Of a DNA stretch of 64,000 bases, positions 39,011-52,353 are shown in pieces; the stretch's first letter is position 1, and every line of letters begins with the position of its first letter. The stretch spans positions 47,058,001 through 47,122,000 of the forward strand of contig NC_042997.1 in the NCBI RefSeq assembly GCF_006345805.1, in the 5' to 3' direction. The stretch comes from Octopus sinensis (lineage: Eukaryota). Below the pieces are notes generated by a model, which had not been told where the DNA came from, searched no databases, and saw only the letters and a list, made by a program, of their open reading frames with translations. A program made the translations under genes and the position numbers.

Positions 39011-42000
39011 ATAAAAATAAATAAATAAATATTACTTGTAGATTGTACCTCATGTATCACCATGCTTCATAGGAATGTATTTTTGCGTAGCAGCTGCTAC
39101 TACCGAGGTTCGCTTCTTACCCACTGATTTCTTATCTTTGTACATTCAACTGTTTGTGCATTGCTGTGTCCGATTTTGTGCGTGTATGCGTGTGTGTATG
39201 GTTATGTGCGTGTATGCGTGTGTGTATGGCTGTGTGCTTGTGTGTATTTGTTTGTAACTATTTTACTGAGATTCTTGGTATTTTCTTAATTCCAGTTCAG
39301 TGTTTAGAAAGCAAGCATATGTGGCCAGTTTATTTGTTTCCAATGTATGTAGAAAGCCATTGTATATTGAAAAGAAGGAAAAAATTAACTAGATAGAAAT
39401 TTATCTACTATTTCTAGCATATCAAACTACCTCCTTCAGGAGGCTTGTTTTTATCATGTGAATGGGTTGCGTAATTGTGCGTGTATGTAAGTTAGAGTCT
39501 ATGGAATATCCGACTAAATGTCTGACTGTTAAAATCATATTGGAATTCATCTCGACTTTTATGTATCTCAAAGACAATTCATTTAACTGTAATATAATAT
39601 ATTCTTATAAATTAGATGCTAGAATTTCTTATTACCGTGAGTTGTGGTGGTGTCAAAGTAACGTTAGAGTGCTGGACTAAATGTGCAACAGCATTTAGAT
39701 TTCATTAGTGTACAAGCTCGGTTCATAGTAGAGATAGTATTGGTCATGTACAGGGATTGACATTGAATCATTAGGTATTAGATATCTATGATTGCCTTTA
39801 CTTGAAATAGTATATGCAGAGGTGGAGTGAGAGAGTGAGAGTAGGAGAGAGAAAAAGGGAGACGGGGTAGGGAGAGAGATTTATGTTCAAGTTTGATATT
39901 TTATATTAAGGAATTTTTATATTCACTTAGATTTCTACGTTTAGTTTGCAACAATAACGTTCCAAAATTCATTATCCCATTCCTATTTGAAAACTTTCAT
40001 AGTTCCAAAATCAGAATAACGATGGTAATAAAAAAACGTGTTGTTTGCATGTTTTACTGCAGGTTCCAAAATATCTTAGGAATATTGTTATAATTGATTA
40101 AATCATTAAAGCTGGATTTAAAAATTATACAACAGTAAGTCCTGCTATATTTCATCATTTATTTTACGTGCAGTGTAGCTGTGCATCGAATTTTGGTTTA
40201 TATTTTACTATTAGTAAACTTTCCATAGCAATTATTTTCATTTTATTTACTTGTAGTTATTATTTGTGGAATTCTATATAAAATTCAAGTGCTGTGAACT
40301 AATTTTTTTCCTATCGAATTACATTTTACGTAACATATTACAATGAACCGCAGTGGCTCCTTGTAAATAGATGTTCAATCGATATGAAAGTATTGTACTT
40401 ATGTAACCGATATAGCGTCTTGAGTAATGGGTTTACAACATACATGTTCTACTGAAATTTCTAAGTAAATCATATTGGCTGTCTTAAGTACGTTCTGTGA
40501 TTTGCTTGTCTCTTTTTACTTATTTTGTTGAGGGGCTTTCTTTCAAGTTCTTATCGTAATATATTCATTCTACATCTGAGGTTGTGATTAGGTGTGATAC
40601 ATGTTTTTTTTCTGTTTTATGGGATTGGTTAATGACATAATTATTCATTTTAAACAAAATGTACTTGGCTCTTCTAGTATACAGTATATGTGGTCTATAT
40701 ATTCATAATGAGTGTGATATCTGTAGCATTAGACTGAATGAAACTGTTTTTGCATTTTTCTATGGCTGGCTCTGTAAGATTACCCAATATTGGCTAATGA
40801 TTTCTCTGCACGTAAGACTTTATCTAAGGATTACTTAGAAGACGAAGATGTAAAATCTTCTGTAGGAAGGGATTAAATTACAAATATTCTATACTTACGG
40901 CGATTCGTTGGTCAACTTAGTCATCAATTCCATCACAATAAATCAAGCATTCAGTAAAGAAGGCATTAAATTCTCGGGTACAAGATAAAGCATTCGATGA
41001 TATGTATCTTTAGTTGCTACATGTATTATTCCTTATTGCTACATGTATAATTCCTTATTGCTACATGTATATCTGAACATTAGGGTGTTTCTGTATCTGA
41101 TTTATGGTCACGTCATGTTGGATCATAAATGTAAGAATAAATACTTTCAAGATGAGATTTAAACCAATCAGGCTCTTCATCCATATCTGCGTTTTACAAA
41201 AAAAAAAAAAGGAGACTTGACTCCTAAATATAAGGCTGTGAACGAGTTTTCATAGAAAAACACCAGTTAGCTCTATAGTTTTATATAAAATCCAATAGAA
41301 GCACTATAACATGCAGCATAATACCAAACACAAAGAAAAAGAAATCCATTCTTAGGTATATCACACGAAAAATAAATCATAAAAACTGCCTATGACTTAC
41401 TATTTCTGAATGCGGCATTAATGATTTTATCGGTTATAACAATGTCCCTATGATCTTTACGATCTACTTCAAAGCGCACAAATAACACACCATTATTTCC
41501 TGTATTTTCTTGTGATAATGGGACCATGTAAATTTCAAAGTATTACTGGACTAATGGATTAGGAACGCTATTATTCCAAATTCAATATGCAGGAATGGTT
41601 AAGAAGCATGTAACTATCCATAATAAAAAAAAGACCAAATTCGATGATCGTTGGTTCTTTGATACAATATGTTTGAAACGAAAGCTGTTCTTCGCTATTT
41701 ATGCGTGCACAAACATAAACATGCGCACACATGCACTCGGATGCACTCAGATGCACTTACACACACACACACATACACTCACGCACAAATGGTGGCTGCT
41801 CACCCGCTTTCGAGTGTGGTCGCAAGTTTTCGCTAACAGTAGAGATGTAGTCTCCTCTCTGTCATGAGTCTCCTTGACCAAGACGAAGAAACACACTACT
41901 ACAAAATGTTTGGCGATTATTGTGCCACATGGTCGTTCTTATGAAAATTCCTTCACTTACGGAGCGACATGCATTTCAACGGTTACCGGAAATCCGCTAC

Positions 42001-43619
42001 TTTCTTGCTTATTCAGTATCTTCTGTGCTCCGGAATCCCAGAGAATTGCGGAAGTGAATTGCTGAAATTGCATGCATGACTTACGCGAACACACTATAGC
42101 GAAAGGGTTTCCGTCCATTTGTGATGAGAAGAGAGCTGAGTATTAACTGGAGCCAAGGTAAATAAATAAATAAATAAATGAGTAAATAAAAAGATAAATA
42201 AATGTGAAATGTTAAAAAAATGTAAATGAGTGTATGGTGCTTATCGAAAAAGCCCTTGCTGCACTTATAGGGATAAACGGTTCCTTGATCCCAGAAGATT
42301 CTCCAGTAATATTGGAAGCTGCAAAATTGGCAACAATCAAAAAGGCAAGACGGACAGGCAATTACAAACAACACGGGTTTGAAGAACGAGTACCCTTCTC
42401 ATATACGCATCTACATCCATGTACAAAGACACATACACACAGGCACTTACATACGTAAATCTGTGCACACATATACAATGTTAAACCGCCGCTGACTATT
42501 TATTTCATCTGACCTTTGAGTGGTTTTTATCTCTCATTCTCCCCAGTGTTTCTAAAATTTACCTGACTCACCATCTTGCTTGGTTACGTTTACAGTTTTA
42601 CTCGCATACCGAAAGAATACTTAGACTGTAGCAGCTTACATGGTTACCAGAAGTAGTCGTTCATTATAAATCTCGTCTTCACGTACTTGTGAGCGCAGGA
42701 ACACTAGCATGGTCACTGCTCACTCATTTTTAAAATATAAAATTTAATTCTTTTGTATATATCTACATAGGTAGGTAGGTAAGAGAGATTATATATACGT
42801 AAGTAGGTATACGTAAATATATGTATACGTTTAGCAATAATAATCTCTTTTTTCTTCAACATTCTAATTATTTTTAAGGGTATTTTATGCGAATATATTG
42901 TTTTCACAATTGCATTGGTGAAAAAATAACAAAACCGAAAAATCGGTTTTGCACGCAAGGGAATGTATTCAGCTTGAATGATGTATGAGTAATGTCCCTT
43001 GCAATCGAACTCTGAGAATTATATAAAAGACTGAAGGAAAGAATGACAGACACAAAGGTAAAAAAAAAGCGAACAGAGAGAGTATTTCCAATCAGTTTCA
43101 GTTATAGAATGGTAATCAAATCAAGTAATAAATGCTTAACAGATAAAGGAAATAATTCGATAATGAATTAATGAATATATTAAATGAAATGAATAATCAG
43201 GTCAGGATAAAGCAATCTGTATCAACGCAAACATCTCTAATCCTTGAGTTCATCAATCATCCGTCAGTAATGTCAACCATTAATCTAAGCTGTAATGTGT
43301 GAGCGCACGCGCGCGAACGTGTGTGTATGTGTTGCGTGTGTGTATGAGTGTGTTTGCATGTGTATATATATATATATATATATATGGATATACATATATT
43401 AAATTATAGATAAAACCACTATTAGGCAAATCAAACAGTGAAAAACATAAACTAAAACATAGAAATAAAATTAATTAATATAATATACAAAATATATAAA
43501 ATATAAAATTCAAACTTTAAATTATTTAAATTTAAAGTTAAAATTTTTAAAAAAATTTTCATTATTAATTTATACTTATAAATTTATATATATATATATT
43601 TTTTATTATTTTTATTTTT

Positions 43620-43880
43620 ATCATTATTATTATTATTATTCTATGTTTGACTTTTGCTTTATATTTGTACAAGTTGGCTCCAAGTCTCACCCAGAGACCT
43701 CAAGAGACAACAGGGTTGGAAGTTCATGTTGTTGTTATGCCTAGTGTGCCATATATTTGGTGGGTGGGGATGTTGTACTAATGAATGTCTAAAAAAAAAA
43801 AGTTTTTTTTTTTTTTTTTTTTTTTAACCGAAAATTATGGTTGTTTTAAACCTTGAGGTTACATAGAGAGTATTTTGCGT
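43620..43880 (-). mobile_element. 3' end of an RLE (R4/Dong-like) LINE ending in (AAT)n
   Basis: The minus strand ends GAGGTCTCTGGGTGAGACTTGGAGCCAACTTGTACAAATATAAAGCAAAAGTCAAACATAGAATAATAAT, with (TTA)n on both sides. Confidence 0.45.
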
Positions 43881-43976
43881 AGGTTATTATTATTATTATT
43901 ATTATTATTATATTATTATTATTATTATATGAATATATATATATGGATATATTCATATATATATATATATATAATA

Positions 43977-44025
<49 letters not shown>

Positions 44026-44169
44026 ATATAGAGGGCATAATTATACATACATGCCAGGAGGCATTATATATACCTGCCAAACGCTAAGAGGGACAATCAG
44101 TCATTTCTACCATTTCTATTTTTGGTAGAAATGCCTCCTGGCATGTATGTATAATTATGCCCTCTATAT
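44026..44169. repeat. Foldback/MITE-like element with perfect 40-bp inverted arms
   Basis: ATATAGAGGGCATAATTATACATACATGCCAGGAGGCATT (44026-44065) is the exact reverse complement of 44130-44169. Confidence 0.9.
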
Positions 44170-44285
44170 TAAATTAATATGTTCAATAAGAAATAATTAT
44201 TTTCGAAATTTTTTCTCTTATGAGGTTTTTACGCTATCTACCTGACAATTTCTTGTTAAGTTTTCCTTATTAAGTAGTTGTCCTT

Positions 44286-44318
<33 letters not shown>

Positions 44319-44364
44319 GCATATATACATATATATAATACATATATATATATACATATATATA

Positions 44365-44470
44365 CAGAGGTGGGCATCGTTAAACGAAAAGTTAACTTCG
44401 TTAGTCGTTAATCCGTTATTTCTTCGAAAATGTAACGTAAGTTAACGTTAATCCGTATACGTTAACCTTT
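44365..44470 (+). mobile_element. Possible hAT-type terminus with GTTAAC/TAACG subterminal repeats
   Basis: CAGAGGTGGGCA followed by a cluster of GTTAA/TAACG motifs. No matching right end was found. Confidence 0.35.
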
Positions 44471-45747
44471 ATTAACAAAAAAAAAAAAGCATCTCTATCG
44501 TTTAATATTCCACCAAATCTACTGTTTCATAATTTCCATGAAATTACATACTTTTAACGATGTAAAGATTTGTTGGAAAAAAGAATTTCCGAGAGGAATT
44601 AGGAAAATTCACAGGACCTAACATTTTCGCCCTTATAACTTTCTGGAAAATAGGTATATTTTAATGAAATTTTATACAAATACATTTCAAACGGTGTAGA
44701 TGACGATTACAAAGAAATTTGTAGGCAAAATTTTTAAAAGAGGGCGTGGGGAAGAGGAGTTTGTAGAAAACGGAGTTTTGAATCAGATGGCCCACATAAG
44801 TTGGAATTTTTCCGCTTTGACGGAAATTTTTTCAAATGTTTTTCACTAAGGTTTTCAGAATGATGAGAGGCATGTTTTTACGAAAAAAAAAAAGAAAAAC
44901 GAAAAACAATTATATAAAGTTTTCTTTTCATTTCCCCCACCGCCTCACCATCCAAGTCCAAAACAATTTTGGCCATTTTTTTTTTCACTACGCACTTAAA
45001 ACCTGTGTGAGAACCATTTTCGGTTTTTTAAAAAAATTTTAATTATTTCGGAGGAAAATGCGTAATTTAAGGGAGATCTCGCTGTTGTTTCCCGCACATC
45101 CCAAACGTCCTTCCTCATTTTTTTCTCATTCACACATCTATTGATATTTTTCAATATTTCCCCCCCATAAACAAATTTTATGGAATGATATAGTCCCAAC
45201 GTAAAAATAGCTTTAGTGTTCATATTAATCTGTCAAATGTAATGTGTATCTGTTCACGTTATTTTGAATTGTCCACAATATTTGCTTGTAACTTTGTAAT
45301 TTCTTTACATATAGATTTGAAATTGTGTCAGTGGGTGCCTTTTATACCATTGGTATATAGTTATGTCACGTTAGCTGATCTTGCTATTAAATTTGACTTT
45401 TATGGGCAAACAAATTTAATTAACAGGTGTAAAGACAATAACATTATGGATAAATACTAAAACTGAAATTCTTAATGCATCTAACCTGTTTGATTTTTAT
45501 TAAAATTATCCCAGATGGCAACAGACAGAAATTTTACCACTTTTCAAAGATGAGGAACATTAATTTGAATTAATTAACATACAGGTACATTCGGTACAAG
45601 ATTTTATTATTTCGCGTAATATTTCGTACCTCGGTGTGGGATAATTTTTTCCACAGATTTTTTCTGGTGCATTCAACGTATCTGACTTCCAAACCCACCT
45701 TTACATACATTATGTCTAGTTTTCAAATCAAATAAAATCAAATCTCC

Positions 45748-46110
45748 AGAAAGACATTCAGCACCTGGAACGGGTTCAACGCTCAGCCACCCGAATGGTC
45801 GCGGGTTTGGCTAAGCTTACGTTTGAGGAACATCTCCAACTGCTGGCATTGCCTTCACTCGAACGACGGAGGATGCGGGTAGATCTCATCCTGGCTTTCA
45901 ACATCTTCAACGAGAATGTAAACCTACCATTTGAGGAGTTTTTCACAGGCATGAGGGCAAAATCAATCCTCGACACTTTCGACTCAAACAGGCGGAAGGC
46001 CGCATTCTGCGTCCGAATCCCAGCCCCATGGAACAAGCTACCACAAGATACCATTCAACTGCTCACCACTCCCCAGTTCAAAGAGGCTCTGGACAACTGT
46101 GGCGGCTATG
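45748..46110 (+). mobile_element. CR1-type LINE ORF2 3' fragment
   Basis: KDIQHLERVQRSATRMVAGLAKLTFEEHLQLLALPSLERRRMRVDLILAFNIF..RRKAAFCVRIPAPWNKLP..FKEALD. Confidence 0.9.
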
Positions 46111-47199
46111 TATTAAATTGTATATAACAATAACTGTCTGTTTTTGTTTGTTTGTTTGTTTTTGTTTTTTTTTTACATGGCTTAAGCACATTGTGCAATT
46201 CTCCTGCCAATAAATTTGATTTGATTTTTCCGGAAAAGAAAGGTAGGATAGCTGGTGGGAACCTCGAAGTTTTCCACAAAGGAATTTTGTTTCGCGGGTC
46301 TTTTTGTCTTTTACAGCTTATTTTGTATGTTTTCAACGAATGTGACATCGAAATCACGCCTAAACGGCTCTTTTCCCAGAAAATGAAGGAAATGCTTGCT
46401 ATTTTTAGCATTCTCTGCTACCACGTAACAGTTTTTTGCGTTCACACCGAAATATTTACCAACATTTTCCTTCCGTTTATTTTTTTCCACTTTATGGAAG
46501 TCAGTATTTTTTCTGTTGACATGAAGTTCAGCGAGGTCACGGATCAAATGGAAACACATCAGTCGCTGTTCCCCCTTGGCAGGACAAAGAAATTTCCCGC
46601 AGTCTTTGCAAGCAACAAGCATGTGGATTTGGTTTCAAATCCAGGCAGGGCCAAATGAGGTCCTACAGGTTAGTTATAATAATAGGTAGTGTTATATCAG
46701 GGTTGAAAGAATGACGCGTACAATATTAAATATGCTAAGACAATCTGAAAACAATAGAAACTTTTAAGCAGTTATCGGATTTTTATGAAATTTTGGGGTT
46801 ATCAGACTTGAGTTAACGGTGTTAATTGCAACACCGGTACCTGGTGTAGCGCTGATATTTGTACGTATCGCTGGCGTGGAGATGAATCGCTTCTGTCTCT
46901 AGCGGTCGGATGTCCACCACTCATGAGACCAAAACAGGTCGAAATCACGTCATCCCGTAGTCTTGTCGCTGACGATGGTGAAGAATTAACCTCCTCGCTG
47001 GCGATATAAACAAGAGTGCATTTTACACCAAAAGCCTATATGAGAATTTCTCTCATAGTAGCTACCGCAGTAAAGTTCGTTTCAACAGAACATCCATCCA
47101 CGTCTAAGGTGGGATAAATTTTACCTCTTGGTATTAATACAATTTCTGTCCCTCATATATATTTAATAGTTGATATCACTCACAGTAAAGAAAATAAAC

Positions 47200-48070
47200 A
47201 AAATACAAGTGTATGTCCTGAAGAGGAAGTCAACATGTTCTGCAAAGTTATTTCTCTTGAAAAATGCAAGGGGAGTAACGTCCTTGCTGTTAGGACAGTG
47301 TTACCGAGGCACTGTAGCTATAGTATAGGTGAAAGAAATAATAGAAATTCTGAATCGTCTCTACAACATTTAGGGGAGATACGTCATTGCACCGAATATG
47401 AAATCAATTCGAACAGAAACTGTAGAGAATGGAAATTAACAGCCAAACAGAAAAGATGGTAGTCCTAGATAACTTAAAATTTGGGGCGTTCCCCATTAGA
47501 ATGAACCTTTTGAACATATGTCTGCCGGATCAACTACATTCTCCTCGGTTTTCAATTTCTCCATCATAAACGAAAGATTACACCTGTTGGCAACATATGG
47601 GCAAGCAGACTACACTACACCTGGCTTGTTACTATGGAAACCGGCACCTATACGTCTGACTTTCGACCGGGTGAAATTACCCAAAATTTGTTAAATTTAA
47701 AAGCTATTAACTTTTTATTTCATAATTTAAAGCAAAAATGAATTTCACTTTCATAACTAGCATACAAAACTACTTTAATACACCAAATTTGAAATTCAAG
47801 CGTATGTGCTGAAGAGGATGTCATCATATTCTGCTAAGTTATTTCCCTTGAAAAATGCAAGAGAAGTAACCTCCTTGCTCTTAGGACAGCGTTACCGAGG
47901 CACTGTAGCTATAGTATAGGTGAAAGAAATAATAGAAATTCTGAGTCATCTCTACAACATTTAGGAGAGATGACTCGGAAATTGTTGCTCTTCGATTACT
48001 TTCGCAAACAGCAGTAGGTATCTTCAGCTGAATACACGTCGTTGATTGGTTAAAATTACCCAAATACTAC
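47200..48070 (+). repeat. Unclassified interspersed repeat with an internal ~170-bp direct repeat; second copy at ~51540-52085
   Basis: 47200-47370 resembles 47790-47970, and 47380-47720 resembles 51725-52085. No recognisable coding content. Confidence 0.75.
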
Positions 48071-48129
48071 AAATTTAACATGAAATAACCTCTAAAATGA
48101 TTTTTAAATCTGTGAGCCAAACTGAAGAT

Positions 48130-48700
48130 GCCTAACAAGAATGATCTATTGCTTGTTCTGTGGAAATTATGGCCTGGAAGGATCAACGATAAGCAAATCG
48201 CAAAGAGAGTTACCGAGAATGAAATGTGCAATGATTTAGTGTGACCATCGGATTAGACGTTGTAAATTAGATATATTTGTGAACAGAAAAGACAAAAGCA
48301 TGCCTGATAATCGACATAGCATGTCCTGGGAGTAACGGAATAGAAGAGAAAGGAGAAAAGGCGAACAACTACGATGAGTTGAAGTTGGAAATATGCAGGT
48401 TGAGGACAATGATGAGAGTTGACATGATACCAATAGTGATGGGCGTGCTGGGAAGTTTCAGCAGGATCTGCGTTGCTCTAGACTGGTACAAATGTAAAAA
48501 AAAAAAAAATAGCATACTTACAAATAAAACAACATTGCTAGTAACCTGCAGGAGTTTTGCACAGGGTTCTTGAAACATGATCAGTAATTAAGTGTCACTT
48601 TAATCTACTGGCTGTGGGCAGCTGACGTTGTACATCATACTGAACAAAATAAGCCGATAGTTTTCATCAAATAATAATAATAATAATAATGATGACAATA
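48130..48700 (+). mobile_element. Decayed R4/Dong-type RLE 3' end with (AAT)n tail
   Basis: CLIIDIACPG..YDELKLEICRLRTMMRVDMIPIVMGVLGS. The 3'UTR (AAGTGTCAC..CTGGCTGTGG.CAGCT) matches 53420-53520. Confidence 0.75.
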
Positions 48701-48790
48701 ATAATGATAATGATCCTTTCTACTATAGGTACAAGGCCTGCAAGTTTGGGGGATGGGATAAATTATTATTATCATTTATTATTATTATTA

Positions 48791-49304
48791 TTGAGTGAGA
48801 GAGCAGTTCATGCCATCAAAGTGACACTGGGGTAAAATATACGAAGCCCAATATACCCATCATGACTACCCGTCTGATAAGGGTACACCAGGCACATGCA
48901 TCACAACCATATGTGCGCGACATGGTGATCTCATATCAAGATAAACAGCACATGACCTTGGAGGTGGGGCCCAGTTAGAATTTTCTTCAGGTTGAGTAGC
49001 CTATCCCGCTCAAAAGGTCCCTGAATAAGAGTTGTTTAAGGATGTTGAAAGAACCACCCATGTTTCCAGAGGTGAATTATTCACACCCCAAAGAATCCCT
49101 CTCAACACATGGCTATGATGCTCCCCCACTACTTCTGCTAGTGATCAGAGATGCACATATCGTCAGCCACTAAGGGACATGCTCAACTGGTTATGGTCAA
49201 ACAACTGACAAGCAAATCTGTGGTATTGAGCAGAATATTTGCTGTAACCCATCTTTTATACCAAGACAAAACAATGTACATGATAACACTTCCAATCAGT
49301 TAAG

Positions 49305-49305
<1 letters not shown>
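48791..49305 (-). mobile_element. Non-coding ~515-bp element embedded in (ATT)n, probably a non-autonomous retroposon
   Basis: A unique, balanced-GC block bounded on both sides by (ATT)n, ending CTCTCTCACTCAATAATAAT on the minus strand. No ORF. Confidence 0.5.
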
Positions 49306-49350
<45 letters not shown>

Positions 49351-49380
49351 TATTATTATTATTATCATCTGTGCAAAAGC

Positions 49381-49440
<60 letters not shown>

Positions 49441-49552
49441 TAAATGCATACAATGAGCTTCTCGTCCTAGCTGTACGGAAAATACTCGGCGAGAAATGGA
49501 AGAAAATTCGAAGAAAGAAGGAAAAAAAAACTATAATAACAACAATAATCAC

Positions 49553-49588
<36 letters not shown>

Positions 49589-50058
49589 CACAATAATAAT
49601 AATGATAATAATAATAATGGCGTTGGTATTTGGGAAGAAAATATCTTATTTAGCTTGCATTCATTTGTTCAATTTATATAAACAGGATTGCTTCCCTTGC
49701 ACTTACAATGTAAGGGGAATAACTTTTGCTGACACTATTTTTGTGGAATTCAGACTTAGATACTGTATACTTTGGGGATAAAATGATAAAAGCGACAATT
49801 TGTTTATTCTTCAAACTAAGGCAATATATTTATTCTTCAATATTTAAGGGTGATAAAAATTCGTATAATCCAATTAATGTTGTGTTCAATTTTAAGTGAG
49901 TGACAGAGAAAGAAAGTGCGAGTGAGAGGCAGGCAGACAGATAGACAAACAGCAGGCAAGCAGGTAGACAGATTGGTAGACAGACAAATAGACCGGCAGT
50001 ACAAGAGCAAAGCTTTCAGAACATTGACGCTACAATGTGTTAATAGGAAAGACATTAT

Positions 50059-50448
50059 GGAGACGCAATGGCCCAGTGGTTAGGGCAGCGGACTCGCGGT
50101 CATAGGATCGTGGTTTCGATTCCCAGACCGGGCGTTGTTAGTGTTTATTGAGCGAAAACACCTAAAGCTCCACGACGCTCCGGCAGGGGATGGTGGTGAT
50201 CCCTGCTGTACTCTTTCACCACAACTTTCTCTCACTCTTACTTCCTGTTTCTGTTGTACCTGTATTTCAAAGGGCCGGCCTTGTCACTCTCTGTGTCACG
50301 CTGAATATCCCCGAGGACTACGTTAAGGGTACACGTGTCTGTGGAGTGCTCAGCCACTTACACGTTAATTTCATGAGCAGGCTGTTCCGTTGATTTGGAT
50401 CAACCGGAACCCTCGTCGTCGTAACCGACGGAGTGCTTCCATCCATCC
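50059..50448 (+). mobile_element. tRNA-derived SINE, family C
   Basis: A box TGGCCCAGTGG and B box GGTTTCGATTCC. Near-identical to the minus-strand copy at 55551-55905. Confidence 0.9.
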
Positions 50449-50851
50449 AGTAAAGACATTCAACGTTCAGTAGCTAAGTCCATCTTTTCATAGCTGTTTC
50501 CCAACAGACTATAGAAGCCAGAGCATTGTAAATGTAATGACCGCGTGCGTCCGCTGGTAGAGCTGAGATGCAGCAAGTCCTCTACAAGAATTGAGATCAA
50601 CAAGTTGATGTTAAACGCAGCTAAATATCAGACCTGTAGTACCACATGATTCGGGAGGGTTGTCAGCTTTACTTAGGACGGACACTATTACTTCAGGAAA
50701 TATTTAAAATAAAGTGTGCTTGCGATCTGTTTGGCTTCACTTGTCAATTCCTTGCAAAAAAAAAAGAAAGAAAGAAAAAAGGAAATAAATAAATAAATAA
50801 ATAAATAAATAAAGAAAGAAAGAAAGAAAGAAATAAGAAAGAAAGAAAGAG

Positions 50852-50886
<35 letters not shown>

Positions 50887-52262
50887 CAGAAAGAAAGAAA
50901 GAAAGAAAGAAAGAAAACTGAAAATAATTGCTCAGTTTATGTAACGATCGAGCTGCTGGAAAAAGCAGCCAAATCTTCTCTCTAACCACACCCTAACGTC
51001 AAAATAAGGAAGGACATACTAGCAGTCTTTTCAACTTGGTTACCAATTTTCGAAATTTAAAGTTTATTGAAAATGTTAAGATTTGGTACATTGATGTCGT
51101 TTTTCTCAGCTGCATCTCAGAGGATAGTTAACTTTTTCCAGAAAAATGCTTTAAAAAAGTTATAAAGCTTTAAAGTTTGATCATTTTCACCTTGGCATAA
51201 AACAGGATTCGGAAGCCGTGATTTTGTGCGTGACGTGTTTTAATATGAAACTATAAACAAGGCAACTTCTGCCTTACGCACGATATATAACCTCTCATAA
51301 GTTTTTTTGCTTCTTTGGTATTTTCAGAACATTTTTGTGAATTTTTATTATACTTTCGGGAATTCATACGGTTATGCAAAAAAAAAAGAAAAGAAAATTG
51401 TGGATGCGTGATGTAAGGCCTATTTCATCATTATTTTAAACAGATCTCTCGACCAGGCTACAAGCAGCAGATGGACACAAGCAGCAGAACATTGCATCAA
51501 TGGACATGTTTTCGTGTAGAATATATTTGTCAGCACGTGCTATGTCACAGACGAAAGAGTTCTCATGTTTGGCTAGTTACTATGGAAACAGGTAGGAATG
51601 TGTTTGTGGCTTACTATTGGCTAAAATTACCCAAAATTTGCAAATTTTAAAAGCTAAAAGACCGTTTTTTAAAGACTTAATATATGGCGAAAATGAATTT
51701 CATGACATTGAGAAGCATTTAAATCTACGTCATTGCACCGAATGTGAAATCAATTCGAACAGAAACGGAAGAGATTGGCAATTGGCAGCCAACAGAAAAG
51801 AGGGTGGCCATAGATAACCTAAAATTTGGAGCGTTCCCTATTAGAATGCACCTTTTGAACATATGTCTGTCGGATCAACTGCATTCTCCTTGGTTTACAA
51901 ATTCTCCATCATAAACGAAAGGTTACACGTGTTGGCAACATATGGGCAATCAGACTACACTACACCTGGCTTGTTACTATAGAAACAGGCATCATTATGT
52001 CTGACTGTCGACTAGGTAAAATTAACCAAAATTTGTTAAATTTAAAAGCTATTAACTTTTTATTTCGTAATTTAAAGCAAAAATGAATCGAGCAGACCTG
52101 CCATCGAAGGCCTTCCATCATCCACCTCTCTTGTCTTGAACATGAGAGACGCCATTGTTTAATTCAAAACTGACTAAACAGAATAGGAGGAGACACGTGA
52201 GATGGAGAGTCACTGAAGAGGTCACAGGAGGTGAAACGAAATATTTCCAGACAGTGATTTAA

Positions 52263-52320
<58 letters not shown>

Positions 52321-52322
52321 TA

Positions 52323-52329
<7 letters not shown>

Positions 52330-52353
<24 letters not shown>

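Noticed and set aside
41780-42400. Cluster of exon-like segments on both strands
   Set aside because: The candidate splice sites are mutually incompatible (23-nt intron) and no product is recognisable.
46990-47003. 14-nt match (CCTCCTCGCTGGCG) to the HDV ribozyme P3/L3 region as I recall it
   Set aside because: No 7-bp P1, no GG for P1.1, and P3 has an A-C mismatch. The motif is explained by the local inverted repeat.
50059-50135. SINE heads as genuine tRNA genes
   Set aside because: The cloverleafs are imperfect and continue into shared SINE bodies and tails.
52200-52260. CTGAAGAG...GAAAC plus palindrome GAAATATTTC as a hammerhead
   Set aside because: Stem II does not pair and there is no NUH triplet at the expected position.
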